Source: Amphiscolops sp. MND2022
Lineage: Eukaryota
NCBI GenBank assembly: GCA_964187785.1
Contig: OZ076412.1
Coordinates: 41,602,001 to 41,666,000, forward strand
Reading direction: 5' to 3'
DNA: 64,000 nucleotides
Under the pieces are notes generated by a model. It did no database searches. It saw nothing but the letters and a program-made list of their open reading frames with translations, and had not been told where the DNA came from. The number at the start of each line of letters is the position of its first letter. Within the stretch, counting starts at the first letter, position 1. The position numbers and the translations under genes were made by a program. Shown here piece by piece: positions 13,480 through 26,617 of this stretch.

Positions 13480-14230
13480 AATCTGACGTGGCAAATTGAG
13501 CTTGTTTTGGCCAAAGTACCTGTCAAAAAGCAGTTCAGAAAACGAAGCAAGCTGCCCGCGGAGACGACCGAGCGGGAACACGGAGTGAAGAAGCCTGAGC
13601 GCTTAGAAGACTCATAGATAGACTCTTTTTGAGGTGCTAACCCCGGTTTTCACCGATTTTCTGCATTATGCTACCCAATGTAGCAAGAACCGGAAAAATG
13701 AGTCTTTTCGCTTAATTATCCTTGTTTGGTGCTTGGAGCCCCTGTGCTCCAGCTTGTAGCTATGAGGTTCTCCGTATTCGAGCCTGTTTTTATGTATTTT
13801 CACTGGTGTTAGCTAGCGCGAGCGCTAGTTTTGACAGTTTAGATACTATTCCCCATTTTAGACCTTATTCCCATGTCACCCGGGAATTCCACCCTGGAAT
13901 TGGAAATTTACACTGTTTATCTTCGGCATTGTTCTTAAAGGCTGTCTAAACGGTGATTGTGAACAGAAACAGCATAATGACCGTTATTCTCAGCAGTTAC
14001 AGACTGGAACAGGCCGGAGAGCATCCTTAGAGACGGTTCCCCCTACTCGGGACCGGCTATACTTAGGAGGACAAAGTGAGCTGCTGTCATGGTGGTTTGT
14101 CCCGGACCATATCCATGGTACCAGTTCCTCCACTCTATCGTCACGTTACAAACGCTCAGCGCTTGCCATTACATAGAACCTCATTTTTTGGCAACCACAG
14201 AGGGATCGTCTTGGGAATCTTTCCTTCATG
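13480..14230 (+). repeat. Old dispersed repeat, homologous in reverse to about 22880-23520
   Basis: Colinear diverged blocks, e.g. gactctttttgaggtgctaaccccggtttt versus the reverse complement of aaaaccgggtgttagcaccgaaaagagtc. A short direct copy of 13686-13760 lies at 23625-23690. Confidence 0.5.
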
Positions 14231-15849
14231 GTTTTAAATTTTCCGGCCCTCTGGTGTTTGACGCCAAGAACGATTTGGCGCTTGAAGGAGACGTTTACCC
14301 AGAGTTTTTCTATGTTGTTTGGCTGATCTGATGTGTTTGCTGGTATTTTTTGTATTTCGGGGGATTTTTCCTAATACCTGTGGTATGTCTTTTTAAAGGT
14401 ATTTGTTGACAGGTATGGTATAAAATTGCACGTTCCAATCAACGGGTACCTTTGTAATGGCTTAACAAAACGCTAGAAAGCCGTTACGCATGTCGTAACA
14501 GGTGTTTTGCAGCTTTTTAAAGCGTTTTTGGCCATGTACGAGGTATTCAATTGATGGATGCGCCATGTTTAATCTGACGGATAGATAAACTGAAACTAGT
14601 TTTACCGACTCTCTTTTCCCATTTCTACTACAGACGTCATAGAAGGATGGAATTTGATGGAAAGATAGAACAAGTGCTGACGTTGCCGCCGGTCTAAACT
14701 CTTTCTCTCTAGGTGGTCTGGGTGTTGAGAAAAATACGGCGAAGGTACCACCCCTCAGTCCAGAAGTATCATCGTTTTGGAGTATGGTATGAAAAAATTT
14801 TTTTGACTGTGTGTTTTTTGATGGGAAATCGTTTGTTCATGCTAGTTTTTGCCAGTTGCAACTCTGTGTGTGCTTTTGCAGCCGTTTTCAGTGAGAAAAG
14901 CTTAATTTTGGGTGCAAAAGTAGCAAAATTGTCATTTTTGGCATTTCTGAGTGTTTTTTTGGTAAGAGCTTGAGCGCTCTAGATTTTAACCACAGAAGTT
15001 GCAACATTAAATAGAAAGCAGCTCGAAGCCTCTAGGGTTTAGTTAAAAATTGTAACGATTACAAAAATGCCGTTGGAGTCCCTTTTGAGACGCATTTTGT
15101 ATAAAAAACCTGATTTTTGACATTACTGGCTACTGGCAGAGTGCCAGATAGTAATGTAATTGCATCTCCCATGCTGCTATTATTTTAGGGCACACTTCAC
15201 AATACCAAAAATAGGATATAAACGAGTTTGTAGTGTCATCTTAGTGATCACATGTCGATAAACTTTGAGTTTTGGCCAGCTTCAGGAGTGCCAGAGTGCA
15301 TAATTAAAACCTCTAGGGCACGTAGTTTTTTCGAGGCCTGGGAGCCCGAGCGCGTTCTCAATTTCTGTTTTTGAAGTGAAAACAACGTTTAAGAGCGAAA
15401 ATCGTACGTAAAAATTCTCATTCAGTGCTGAGAAAAACGCACTGAAATTGATGAAATTTCCACAAAACCGGACGGTCTAATAGTTATGGTCGGGTCATTG
15501 GTTCCCGAACCCTAGCTCAAAAGTGGTTGCATTTTGAAAGCACCACCAAAATAACCGTTAGTGCCAAAAATTTGGTTAGCCTAGCGCTAACCAAAGTAAA
15601 AAAAAGCTCTCTGACATCGTTTTGACATCAGAATGAGCTACAATAGCCAAAAAAAGCTAAAATTGTAGGACCGACAGCGCCTTATACCTAAAAGGCACAG
15701 CTAATTGAGGGCTAGTGGCAGTGCTGTGACCAGTGGGGCAATACGTTGACCCTATTTTGCCTGCCGTAACATTTGTAGTGTCAATCCTCTTAGCCAATTT
15801 GTGAAAAAAGTATCAAAAAAAACTTCTCTGAGACAAGATGAAATAGCAC

Positions 15850-16399
15850 CAATATAACGCGACTGTTACAGTGGCTTTTGTTCATGAAGTGAAACGCGAC
15901 TATAATAGTGACTCTTTTTAATTTTTAATCTGACCAAAATAGTTTAACCAAAAGTTCTCCAAATATTTAAGAAGGCAAACTGTTCCATTTGGCCCAGGAA
16001 ATCGTGAGATTCGGCACTGAGCATTTTTTGAAAATGTTTGAAGGTATCTGAAGGTACATTCATTGTGTTTGATATTTTGTAACAGAATGGATGTTGTAAA
16101 AGCCCAAAGGGTCCCCCGTTTTTACATTTTGGGGCACTATGAGTCTCTTCAAAATCTCATTTTTTGTTTTTTTCTCGAAATTTTTTAAATTTCTCTGGAG
16201 GGTCCCCTTCATTTTTCTGATATCTTGCAACACATGTTAAAAATAGCGAAAAGTCCCCCTTTCAGCGGGCTACCAGTGCGCAATTCGATCTCTTTTAGGG
16301 TTTTTTGGATCCTATGGAAGATAATACTTGACACTTTGAAGTCCTTTCGCTTTTTGGAGCCTTAGGCGGTTAGCTGACTTATGCAGTTCATGGCTTGTT
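15850..16399 (+). mobile_element. HINE-like family copy (diverged)
   Basis: 5' block ttcatgaagtgaaacgcgactataatagtgac, internal aagggtccccc motifs, and degenerate 3' end gctgacttatgcagttcatggcttgtt. Confidence 0.5.
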
Positions 16400-17311
16400 C
16401 TTCATTCCACATGAATTGCCGGAGGTAGTTCTTCAAACGTTCTACAAAATCTTGAAATGTACAATTAGGCCTATTGGCCTAGCGAACAAAATATAGTGCT
16501 ACATCTGAACCTTTGACGTCATATCCGAAGCATATCGCGCTATGTCAAAATTTTGACGTTATATTTGAGGTTTTACTGAGGAGGAAGAATTTCGAAATTT
16601 TTGCGCTATATCCGAATTTCGACGTTTCACCGGAAATAAATTGCGTAAAATCAAGGAGGAGGCGGATGTTCGAAAAAGCGCTCCCATTTGGCCCAGCATG
16701 CTATACTCAAACTTTTGACGTCATATCCGAAGAAAATTGCGTTTCCCAGGAGGAGGCAGGGGTTCGAAAATAGAGCGCTCTATACGAAGTTTCGGTGTCC
16801 TAACTGAACTAAGATTTAACTTAAGCTTTAAGCCCAAAAGATTCAGGTAATGTGGAAGAGAATACTTGACGCTTTGAAGTCCTTTTGCTAGTTGTGAGCT
16901 TTAAGCGGGGAGCCGACTTATGCCGTTTGCGACTTGTTGTTTATTGGACGTACTATGAGGACAAGATGAGAAATTTTTTTGTACCCTTGTTGAAACTGCT
17001 TGATTTTTTTTACAAAGTTTTGCAGGTTACCAAGCTAATTTTTCGTGATTTCATGAAATTCGCAAGGAGACTTCCATGCAATGAAATTTCAGTAATTCAA
17101 TTTAACTTAATCAAGCTCTCTAAAAGAGCATCCTAAATTTGGCGGCAATGCCGAGACACGGTGTTTTGCAGGTTTCATTAAGGAACAATCCTAACATTGA
17201 AAGCAGCTGTGACCTCAATAATTTCACCGCAATTAGAATGCAAATAAACTTCAGTCACAGATGGAAACTGCATTGTAATCCTACAAATTTTCTGCATGCG
17301 TGCATTTAGTA

Positions 17312-17768
17312 TTTTTAGTCGCCGCTTCATGAAGTGAAACGCGACTATTATAGTGACTCTTTTTTATTTTTTTTTCAATCCACACGAACTGACCAAAAGA
17401 GTTCTAAAAATTCTACGAAATTTTATGGTCATATATTGAATCATTTGGCCTAGCGAACTGAACCAAAAAGATTTGCCCTCTTTTTCGTAACATACAACAC
17501 CGGGAGAGACTAAAGGGCCCCTTTCAGTTTTTTTGGCATTGTAAGACTTTTTTTCGAAAAAAAATCCCCAAAGGGTACCCCCTTCATTTTTTTGATGTTT
17601 TGCAACAATGGATGTTGAAAAATGCAAAAGGGTTTCCCGGTGCGCCAGTTCGGTCCAACTTTTTGGGTTTTCGAGGTACTGTAGAAGATAATACTTTGAC
17701 ATTTGGAAGTCCTTTTGCTATTTTTGAGCCTTAGATATGGCGCCGACTTGAGCCGGTCCCGGCTTGTT
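17312..17768 (+). mobile_element. Complete Helentron-like non-autonomous element (HINE-type, about 457 bp)
   Basis: The 5' end TTTTT-AGTCGCCGCT pairs with the 3' subterminal GGCGCCGACT (17739-17748). This is followed by hairpin GCCGG-TC-CCGGC (17752-17763) and terminal TTGTT, with no TSD. This is the subTIR plus 3' stem-loop architecture described for DINE-1/HINE elements. Confidence 0.65.
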
Positions 17769-18122
17769 TATTTTTCTCAAAACACTTTCCGACAGGTCGA
17801 CTATGGTACGTACGTGGCAGGTGGTTATTAGAATTTTTGTAGCAGACTGGTTGATGCTACAGAACCTACGTGAACCTGCTGTACAGGCAAATTGTGAAAT
17901 TAACCCAAGTGATGAACACAAGGTATGAAAAAATTCTCCAAGCTGATTTTCAATATTTTTCCGGTCATGATATTCACTCATCCCGAACATAGGAAATAAT
18001 CGTTCATATCAATGTTATTGTAAGTATCGTCAAAACGTTTTGGGTGTTTCATAGAGCTTAGTTAGTTAACAAAACGAAAAACTCATCAGAAAATATTCCT
18101 ACTTGGAGTTCTCATTCTCAAT

Positions 18123-18386
18123 TTCCCTCGAAAGTTAGATAATTTAGAGAAAGGACAAGATGACATGAAATTCTGTAAAATAATTTCATTCTTGGTTGTA
18201 AACTTCGCAATTCAAGGTCTCATTGATTGTTGTTAATAGCATACCAAAGGCAAAATTCAGCTTTATAAACAACATTTCTTGCTTGATAAACTAACAATAT
18301 AAATTGTTTGAGTTAAAAACAATCAAAATTTTAAAGTTCAGTGAATCATAAAGTTGAAAAAGTTTATCGGAACTTTTGACCTGTGT
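18123..18386 (+). repeat. About 260-bp direct repeat, copy 1 (copy 2 at 20885-21141)
   Basis: Near-identical ttccctcgaaagttagataatttagagaaagg...ggaacttttgacctgtgt, with few substitutions and short indels. Confidence 0.9.
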
Positions 18387-18783
18387 GATCATTCAATTAC
18401 ATTAACCAAGAAGTAAATAAATGGAGACGATACACCAGGAAACTTGAAACTCTCAATTCATTCTGTGAATCAATAAAGTTAGTTACTGGCGAGTTCCGAA
18501 ACCTCCGGGAATCCCAAACAGACGGAAGCAACAGTTAAATCTTGCAACGCAAACAACTGACTGAGTAATAAATACTTCAAGCTGAAAATGAAAGCTCGGG
18601 GGCATGTTTTTGCATTTTCACTTTTTTTTCAATCAGTACTTTTTATTAATAGAAAGAAGTTTCAGCTATGATCAGAACTATCTTGATGTCTGATAATCAA
18701 TTTCAAATAGTTGAATAAACCTCGAGGATGTTATTGCATGATTTAGAGGACGTATACTTGATATAACGGTTAGAGCTACATTC

Positions 18784-20014
18784 GGACCATGTGATCTATT
18801 TCCCCCCCCCAAACTGCGGCGAGGGGAAATAATACAGTAGGTTCAAATACTAGTTTTAAACGAAATAATTATGTCGACATAACATTTTAAATAGTCAAAT
18901 ACCATTATGTCGACATCGTTGCGTTGAAATTTTAGTCCAATAAAATAATTGATGTCGACATAATCATATCTTTCACATTGATTGACAGTTAAAATCAATC
19001 ATTATCCTTTGAAATGTGCTTCCAAACGGAAAACGGACATACTTCCATATTTACAAAACTACGAACTTTGCATTCAGCATTCAAAAAATTTGGGTCTTTT
19101 GCCACGAAGTTTAAATTGTCCCATCTGCAAAAATCGTCTGTTTTGGACAAGATATAAAAAAGTCAAAGATGGTTTTGGCTGGAAGTGTCAAAATGGAAAA
19201 TGTGCGAAATACAAAAGTATTTTTTCCATTCGCACGGGAAGTTTTTTTGCCCAAAGTAATATTCAGTTATCAAAATGGTTACATTTAATTTACCTGTGGT
19301 CAATACAAACTCCAAACAAACAGAGTCAATTGCAAACAGGCCTCTCTGGGCATGCTATCATTAATGCTTTTGCGTGTCTCAGAGAAATTTGCGACTGTTA
19401 TCTGCAAAAAACCCTATCCGGTTGGGAGGCCCGGGCGTTATTGTACAAGCCGATGAAAGTTGCTTCTCACATAAACCCAAACATCATCGTGGACGAGGCC
19501 CCCAAAAAACGCAATGGGTTTTCGGGATTGTGGATACAAGTACTAGCCCGGCTATAGGCTACATGGAATTGGTCGATACAAGGGATGCTGAAACGTTATT
19601 GCCTATTATCAACTCAGTTGTTGAGCCAGGATCCATAGTTCATACCGATGAATGGCGGGCCTACCGAGGGATTATGCGGATGGGGATGGAACACAAAACT
19701 GTCAATCATTCGGGTAATTTTGTGGAACCCGAGAGTGGAGTGCATACCCAGCACACCGAGTCCTACTGGAATCGAAAAAAGACAATCATCAAAAGAATGC
19801 TCGGATGCCATCGAAGAATGCTTCACTGGTATTTACAAGAATTTATGTGGAGAGATCGATTTGATCAAAACTCAGACGCTTTTGTTAATACTTGTAAGCA
19901 TATCAACTTGTTTTATTCATTCGATATTTAATATACTTGTGAAAAAGCCGTTTTCGTTTTGGGGGGAAAATTCCTAACAAGGTGTACCTGGGGGGGAAAT
20001 AGATCACATGGTCC
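18784..20014 (+). mobile_element. Full-length Merlin (IS1595/ISXO2-like) DNA transposon, 1231 bp
   Basis: Perfect 25-bp TIR GGACCATGTGATCTATTTCCCCCCC, 8-bp TSD CTACATTC (18776-18783 and 20015-20022), and an internal DDE transposase frame. Confidence 0.95.
19033..19931 (+). pseudogene. Merlin/ISXO2-like DDE transposase, frameshifted (about 299 aa when repaired)
   Basis: N-terminal Zn ribbon CPIC...WKCQNGKC and SIRTGSFF, then after a shift in the A6 run at 19406-19411 LGGPGVIVQADES, WVFG, IVHTDEWRAY, VNHS and VHTQHTES. No in-frame ATG; ACG at 19033 is the likely former start (inference). Confidence 0.9.
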
Positions 20015-20052
20015 CTACATTCAACTATTCTTGAGAACGTGAAATATCCAAA

Positions 20053-20802
20053 CCCGGGTTTCCCGACCAGGTTGATCATACTCTGATCATATATGGTACC
20101 ATACAAATCATACAATTTTTGTTTCTATGATCTTACCATGATCAATCAGGAATCATGTATGATTCAGAGTATGGTCAATCTGGAACCACAAACTTCTATG
20201 ATCCAGTCTGAAACCATAAATGGTCCAGTGTGGAATCATAAATGGCCCAGATTTTGATCAACCTGGAATCATATATTTTTGTTCCAAACGTGGGTTGACG
20301 TGACATGCAACTGAAACAAAAATTTTCAAATATCGAGAACCGCCAGCTTTATAGGCTGAAAGCAATAGAGCCACATTCGACCTTTTGTTTCTGCTAACGA
20401 TACATTGCAGGTCAGAACTCCGTTAAACTCTTAGCGAAGTTACTCTCCGTTAAACTCTTAGCGGAGTGAAAGGCAATTTCAATTTGTTCTCAGCCACTCC
20501 TTAGTTAATACCTATCTCTTTCGTTATAGCAGTACACACTTTCCAGTGCGATTTCGAGAAAAATTACCATTAATTCAGCAAAAGCTGCCAAAAGTTGTTG
20601 ATTGCTACCTTTTTTTCAGTTTGGTGATTGTATTTGCACTTTGGTAGAGGAATATCTAGTGATTTCATCAGTGTATGCGTTAATTGACTACGTATTCTAA
20701 TTTTCTTTTCATAAATGGTCCAGAGTATGATCAACCTGGAACCATAAACCTTTATGGTCCAGAGTATGATCTACCTGTTTCTGTATGGGAGGGAAACCCG
20801 AG
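20053..20802. mobile_element. MITE-like element with subterminal ATGATC/ATGGTCCAG repeat arrays (possibly CMC/EnSpm-type)
   Basis: Ends CCCGGGTTTCCC...GGGAAACCCGAG with AA on both flanks. Inverted arms CAGGTTGATCATACTCTG / CAGAGTATGATCAACCTG. Confidence 0.5.
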
Positions 20803-20884
20803 AAACATAGAATTCAGAAATTGACATGTACAGACGACGAGGCTCCTCTTTGAAGGATCCGTTGGTACTGGAGTCCTCCGCGAA

Positions 20885-21141
20885 TTCCCTCGAAAGTTAG
20901 ATAATTTAGAGAAAGGACAAGATGACATGAAATTCTGTAAAATAATTTCATTCTTGGTCGTAAACTTCGCAATTCAAGGTCTCATTGATTGTTGTTAATA
21001 GCATATCAAAGGCAAAATTCAGCTTTATAAACAACATTTTTTGCTTGATAAACTAACAATATAAATTGTTTGAGTTAAAAACAAAATTTTAAAGTTTAGT
21101 CAATCATAAAGAAAAAGTTTATCGGAACTTTTGACCTGTGT
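20885..21141 (+). repeat. About 260-bp direct repeat, copy 2
   Basis: Matches 18123-18386. Confidence 0.9.
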
Positions 21142-23825
21142 CAAAAGCACAAAAATAGGTAAAATGATGTGAAAAAAAAGCTTCTCAACTATTATATCAT
21201 ACTTCGAAATTATTCTCTTTTTCTGGGAGAATTGGAAACTTTCCTAAAAGTATCGCCTTGTTTGAAGTAAAATTTGCAACCAATTCGACTAGCACTCGCT
21301 TTGCTTAAGATCACCACAATTTTGCTTGTTCTCAATGAAGACGAAGATTCTGTACGAGGACTCGAATTTTAAAATGTTGCCATAGTCTTATTGAAAAAAA
21401 CGCCAAAGAGTCAATTTGCGACATTTTAGATTGACAAACTGAATCTTTTCTGGAAACCTATGATTTAAATCCTATGTTTCGAGTTGTTTTGCTTTAATTT
21501 TTGCGTTGAAAGAGGTTGTAACTTTTTACTCGGTTTGGTTTTAGATGCTCTTAAACACCTCTAGAACAGAAGGTAAACTGAATCCGAAGTAGTTCATTAT
21601 CGAAAAGTAAAAGGAGTTATGATCGTTTTCAATCATAATGATTTCCCACCGCGGATATTGTGATGAGAATCATCATGTAGGCTTTGAAACAACTGAGAAA
21701 GTATCCATGATTATCCATGAACTTGAAAGTAATGTCGTGAAAAAATCATTATCAAAGACAAAATGTCAAGAGTGAGCCATAATAGTCAACCCGCGTTATC
21801 ATACCAACGTAAACATTCAAAAATTAACTAAAAATTGCACGAGAAGTTCAAAATTGAGTCTTTTTGGCATATTTACCACTTTTTTGACGTGATTGTGCTC
21901 TTTTTGCAAAAACATTCAGTCTCTCATGAACGGAAAAAGAAACAATTAAATGTTATAATAACTATAAAATGTAGCCTATTTTTGCCCATATAATCACTTT
22001 TTCCGCCGAATGATTTTTCACAAAAATCCATTGATTTATAATGAGATATGATTGCTCTCAATAAAAACTTTTTTCAGCACAGCCGTAGAGACAACTTTTG
22101 GACCAACTGTCGTAGTGTTTTAATTCATTTTCTCAAAACCCTTCAAAACCTTCAGATTTGTTTTCGTGGGTAGTGGTTAGAGCAATCGGCCATTACGGTG
22201 GCGGTATCAGGTTCGAATCTCTTTCAAATCGCAAACTGCTAAATCTTAGCTAGTCTTTCATTCCTAACCTAGTGGTAAGGTCAGTGACAAACAAAGATCG
22301 CATATGGGCATATGGCGGAGAAAGAAAAAAAAATAAAAAAAGTAACTGCGAGCAGTCAGACCATTGTGACTTTGACCAATTCACTCTGAAACGACAACTT
22401 CAAGTCGATCATTGGTTGAGCACTTTCTTGCAAATATGGTGCCAGTCAGCGTTTATTCGACTTCGAAACTCACGGAGCTAGAGTAAAAGTTTCATACCGA
22501 AACTTCAAGCTACGCCGAGCAAAATGTTTTGTCGGAGAAACTGCGCCTTGTATTCTTCTTAATTTCGGTGAAGATATCGTAACGTTTTACAAGCAAGTAA
22601 ATCATCAGAACGTGCAGATTGAATCTTCGTCACAACATCAAAATGGGCATGCTGATGATAAATCCTCAACTATACATCGCTGGACACTATAACGGCACCC
22701 TCTGGTATACAAATTCAGTCGATCCTGGAATTGGAAGTTGGATGTTCAGAAATTTGGTGAAAAATACAAATTCGATGTGCGAAGTGGTACAATGCATGTG
22801 ATTGCTCTTTTCGCTGTTCTATTATTTCGAAGGAAAAACGAAGAATAGACACAACAAAGCCAAAACACCGAGAACGAAACAGCTTGAGAGATCGTACAGA
22901 CTGTGAAACCTCTAGAAAGAATTTTTGCAAGTGCTAATATGTAACAGCAAGCTGTAATCGGTCGCTTAATGCGGTAACAGAGGTAGAGGAACCTGCAGAA
23001 ATGGGTGAACCGCTCGGGACAGGCCCCCATCGCCACAGATCCATTTTGCTTCCATAGGTGAAATACGTCCCGGGGCCGCGGGTGCTTCGACGAATACTGT
23101 CCAATCGGTCCTAGTCTTCGATTGCTAATAGTAACGGGCTCAACTAGCACATAAAAACAATGCCAAAAATAAAGTAAATTTCCAGTTCCATTGAAATAGT
23201 ATTCAAAATTCGGAATGGTATCTAAAACTGCCAAAACTAGCTCTCGGGCTAGCTAAAACCAGTGAAAATACATCAAAGCACGCATGAATATGGCAAGCCA
23301 CAAAGCTACAAGCTCGGGCGCTTCGAATAAAACCGGGTGTTAGCACCGAAAAGAGTCTTTTTATGAGTTTTCACAATCTATATGGGCTCTCAGGCTATCT
23401 CGTTCTCTGTGTTCTCGCTCGGTCTGCTCTCGTCTTCGTTTTGCACTGAAAATGGCGAAAACAGCGAAAAGAGCAATCACATGCTCAATGCCACGTCAGA
23501 CATCGAATTAGAATTTTTGACAAAATTTCTGAACATGTCAAAAATGTAAAAACGGCTATACCAGAGGGTGCCGTTTCAATACCTGGATTTTATTGATTTT
23601 AACATTATGCTACTTAAAGTGACAGAAACCGGAAAAATGAGTCTTTTCGCTCGAAATCCTCATTTTGTACCTGGAGCCCCAGCTTGTGGAGGCAAACTGG
23701 ACTTGTGGCAATGGGCTCCTGTCTCGTGCGATGCACCGATTCCACAGATACATTGTATAGCTAGAAAGAAGAAAATGAAAACATTCCTAAACAAGTCGTG
23801 TCTCACAAACGCACATAACTATCAC

Positions 23826-24307
23826 CGTTGGTCTTTTTGAAGAAAGAGTTGACTATAGTCATGACTTTTCGTCAGTGTTTTTTTGATACACCTCAAGTGA
23901 CCAAAATAGTTTTACCAAAAATTCTACAAAATTTTAAGAAGTCGCCAAATTGTACCTGTTGGCACAAGGAACTGAACCAAAAAGGTTTTTCCTTTTTTTC
24001 CCGCGTACCGGATACATTACCCCAAACGTTTACCGGACGAGACTGAAGGGTCCCCTTTTCAGTTTTTCCGCATTGTGAGAGTTTTTTCGAGAAAAAATGT
24101 TCCCAAAGGGTCTCCCTTCAAGTTTGTGGAGTTTTGCGATAGAATGGATGTTGAAAAATTCCAAAGGGCCCCTTTCAGTTTTTCGGCATTGTGAGATTTT
24201 TTTCAATTTTTTTGGGTGCTCTAGAAGAGAATATTTGACACTTTGAAGTCTTTTTGCTATTTTTGAGCCTTAGATATGGCGCCGACTGGGGCCGGTCCCG
24301 GCTTGTT
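23826..24307 (+). mobile_element. HINE-like family copy
   Basis: 3' end GGCGCCGACTGGGGCCGGTCCCGGCTTGTT; body colinear with 17312-17768. Confidence 0.6.
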
Positions 24308-25852
24308 TATTATTGTTCTAATTTATTAACCATATCGATTCGTATCAATTCCTGAAATTTTGGAATTTTTTTCACGTACTCCATGTTTGCCGTCATGAAT
24401 AACACCCAATCTAAATAACAGACCAATTTTCAAACGAAACAAATTCAAGGTCAAACAAAAAGTTTTCTGATTTCATGCTCATGAGTGCAAAGCTTCCTCT
24501 AGGAGTCCCAATTTTCAGTGCACTTCTAGAGAAATCAATGTTTTTCCTCACCTTGCGTTCCGAAGGAGTTCCAGCTTCCCCATCTATCCATGTTTTTGTC
24601 TGCGCAATTGCACTGTTTTCTCACAATTTTTCAATAATTGAAAAGTGAATTTCTTGCAAGATATAGTTGTGAAATGGTAGTTAATTGGTAACTGTAGAGC
24701 GGACATTATGATAATGCTTAGTAGTGGAAAGGGAAATTCTTGTGGCGAACAAAATGGCATGAAAGGAAGCATTTTTCGTTCCAGTTCCGGTCACTATTTG
24801 AGAACAATGCTCAATTGTCTTTTTTAAATGCTTCAATGGCCACGCAAACGTCCCATCCCTAAAATTGGAAGAAAGAGAGAAAAGATCAACCCAAGTGTGA
24901 TTATGAAATGACCAAACAGTCACATACAGGAAATTTCTTTTCTAGAAGCTAGTGTACAAACTGAAACTGCAGAAATTTGATGACCTATGAAAATTTTTTC
25001 ATTTAGCTGAATTGAAAAGAAAGACAAAAATCAGTTTTTCTGTTTTTATAAAGTGGCATTAAATTAAGCTAAAGATACAATTCGTTCTTTTCACTCAATC
25101 GTTTGATGTTGAAAAAGCCAGATACTTGACAGATAAATGACACCACAATTCAACTTTACAAACAACAGGCTGTTCTTCAAGGAAAAACTCAAATTTGAAG
25201 CGAAATTGCGCTTTTTGAGTACCTAATCCTGGGCTGAATTCGCAGTGCGTTGCCTACTGTGATATGGTGTGATCAAGACGGTGAAGAATATTTACAGTTT
25301 TGATTGAAATAGTGGACGCTGCATTGTAATGTTAACAATTTTTCCGAGCAGGCTTCCGGAGTTTTCCGTTTTTCTTTAAATGAAAAAAGCTTTTTCAAAA
25401 ACGGCAAAGTTGAATACAAGTGTCAATGCTACAAAATTTTATGTGGGATGTTTTTCTTCTGACCAGTAGATTTCCAAATATTGCTTAATTAAGTACGAAA
25501 AATTCTAAAACTTCTAAAAACAAAGTGATATTATTTTTTCTTTCGATTCCAAAATAAAAGATACCGACGCGTGGACCCAATACTATGGAAACAAAAATCT
25601 TTGGACAGATAATATTGCCTGAAAAAACTTTGAAAGCACAATATTTCTTTGAACAGGCTTTTGACAAAAAATTTCATCTGCAAAAATTACTCAAATTTTG
25701 ATGAGTCAGAGATCTATGGTATCTAAACCGAGGCAGTGTTTCTTTTATCAGCGCTGGCGGCGAAAAACTACACAATAAAGAAAAAAGCTATCAATGCTTG
25801 AAGTAAGAGCCTCTCCATGGACAATACCGCCTGTTGGTCCATGAACTTTATA

Positions 25853-26617
25853 CCCATGTTGAGTTTTCCTTGAGAATCTGTACAGATCTGTGAGCCTAAT
25901 ATCCTTGAGGATCTGTCAAGATCGTGCCACTGCTACGTAAAGACAATTGCAGATCTGCAAGGATCTTTACAGATGTTCAAAGATTTTCTGTAAAGATTTT
26001 TCAGGAAATTTTTTTCCGGAGTTTCTGCGAAACAATGAATTGCATTTTTGTGCTTCAAAAAGTATTTTAGCTGACCAAGGCTCAGTCGGTTGAAACTCTC
26101 CATCACACAAAGTTCTTGAGCAGGAAAGCTTTTCCCCAACACAGTAATTTGGGTGTCTGGGGAATGTTCGCTATTGGTGATACACTAATTTATCCATTTT
26201 ACGCGAACTTTCCAGAAGTGGTTATTCAACTTTGAGAGGCCCGTTTGACTTATTGACTTCTTTTTGGTGGATGTAATTAAACATGTGGCCACCGTCTGTG
26301 ATGGTAGAGGTGCTGATAAAGTGCTGTTGTTGTAATTTTTCGGGAACATGGTTTGCTGGAGTAGTTTTAGTAATTGCTGGAAATTTGCTGCAAGTTGCTG
26401 TAATATCTGTAAGGATCTGTACAGATCTGCACAGATTCGCGCAGAAACTTTTCTAAAACTTCAACTAGGAGGCATGTTCATCTTGTAGCGCAGTTTTTAA
26501 CCAACTAATTTCAATTTCAAAACTGTTTTCATGACTAATCAATTTTCCACAAATCTTAGAACATCTGTCAGGATCTGTAAAGATCTGTACAGATTCGCAG
26601 GGAGTGCTCAACGTGGG
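25853..26617. mobile_element. CCC...GGG MITE with AGATCTG subterminal repeats (CMC/EnSpm-like), 765 bp
   Basis: TIR CCCATGTTGAG...GAATCTGTACAGATCT versus CCCACGTTGAG...GAATCTGTACAGATCT, with TA on both flanks. The core is homologous to 48380-48780. Confidence 0.75.

Noticed and set aside
19400-19420. Programmed -1 frameshift in the Merlin transposase (A AAA AAC)
   Set aside because: The heptamer is in phase with the downstream frame (GCA AAA AAC), not the upstream frame (CAA AAA ACC). A single-A loss or sequencing error is simpler.
22166-22235. tRNA gene (TAGTGGTTAGAGC...GGTTCGAATC); similar traces at 265-312 and 37400-37465
   Set aside because: The boxes are present but the acceptor and anticodon stems cannot be formed. 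These are SINE-like or pseudogene relics only.
22746-23234. 162-aa ORF as a host gene
   Set aside because: It lies within a dispersed repeat whose other copy (13480-14230) does not keep the frame open.
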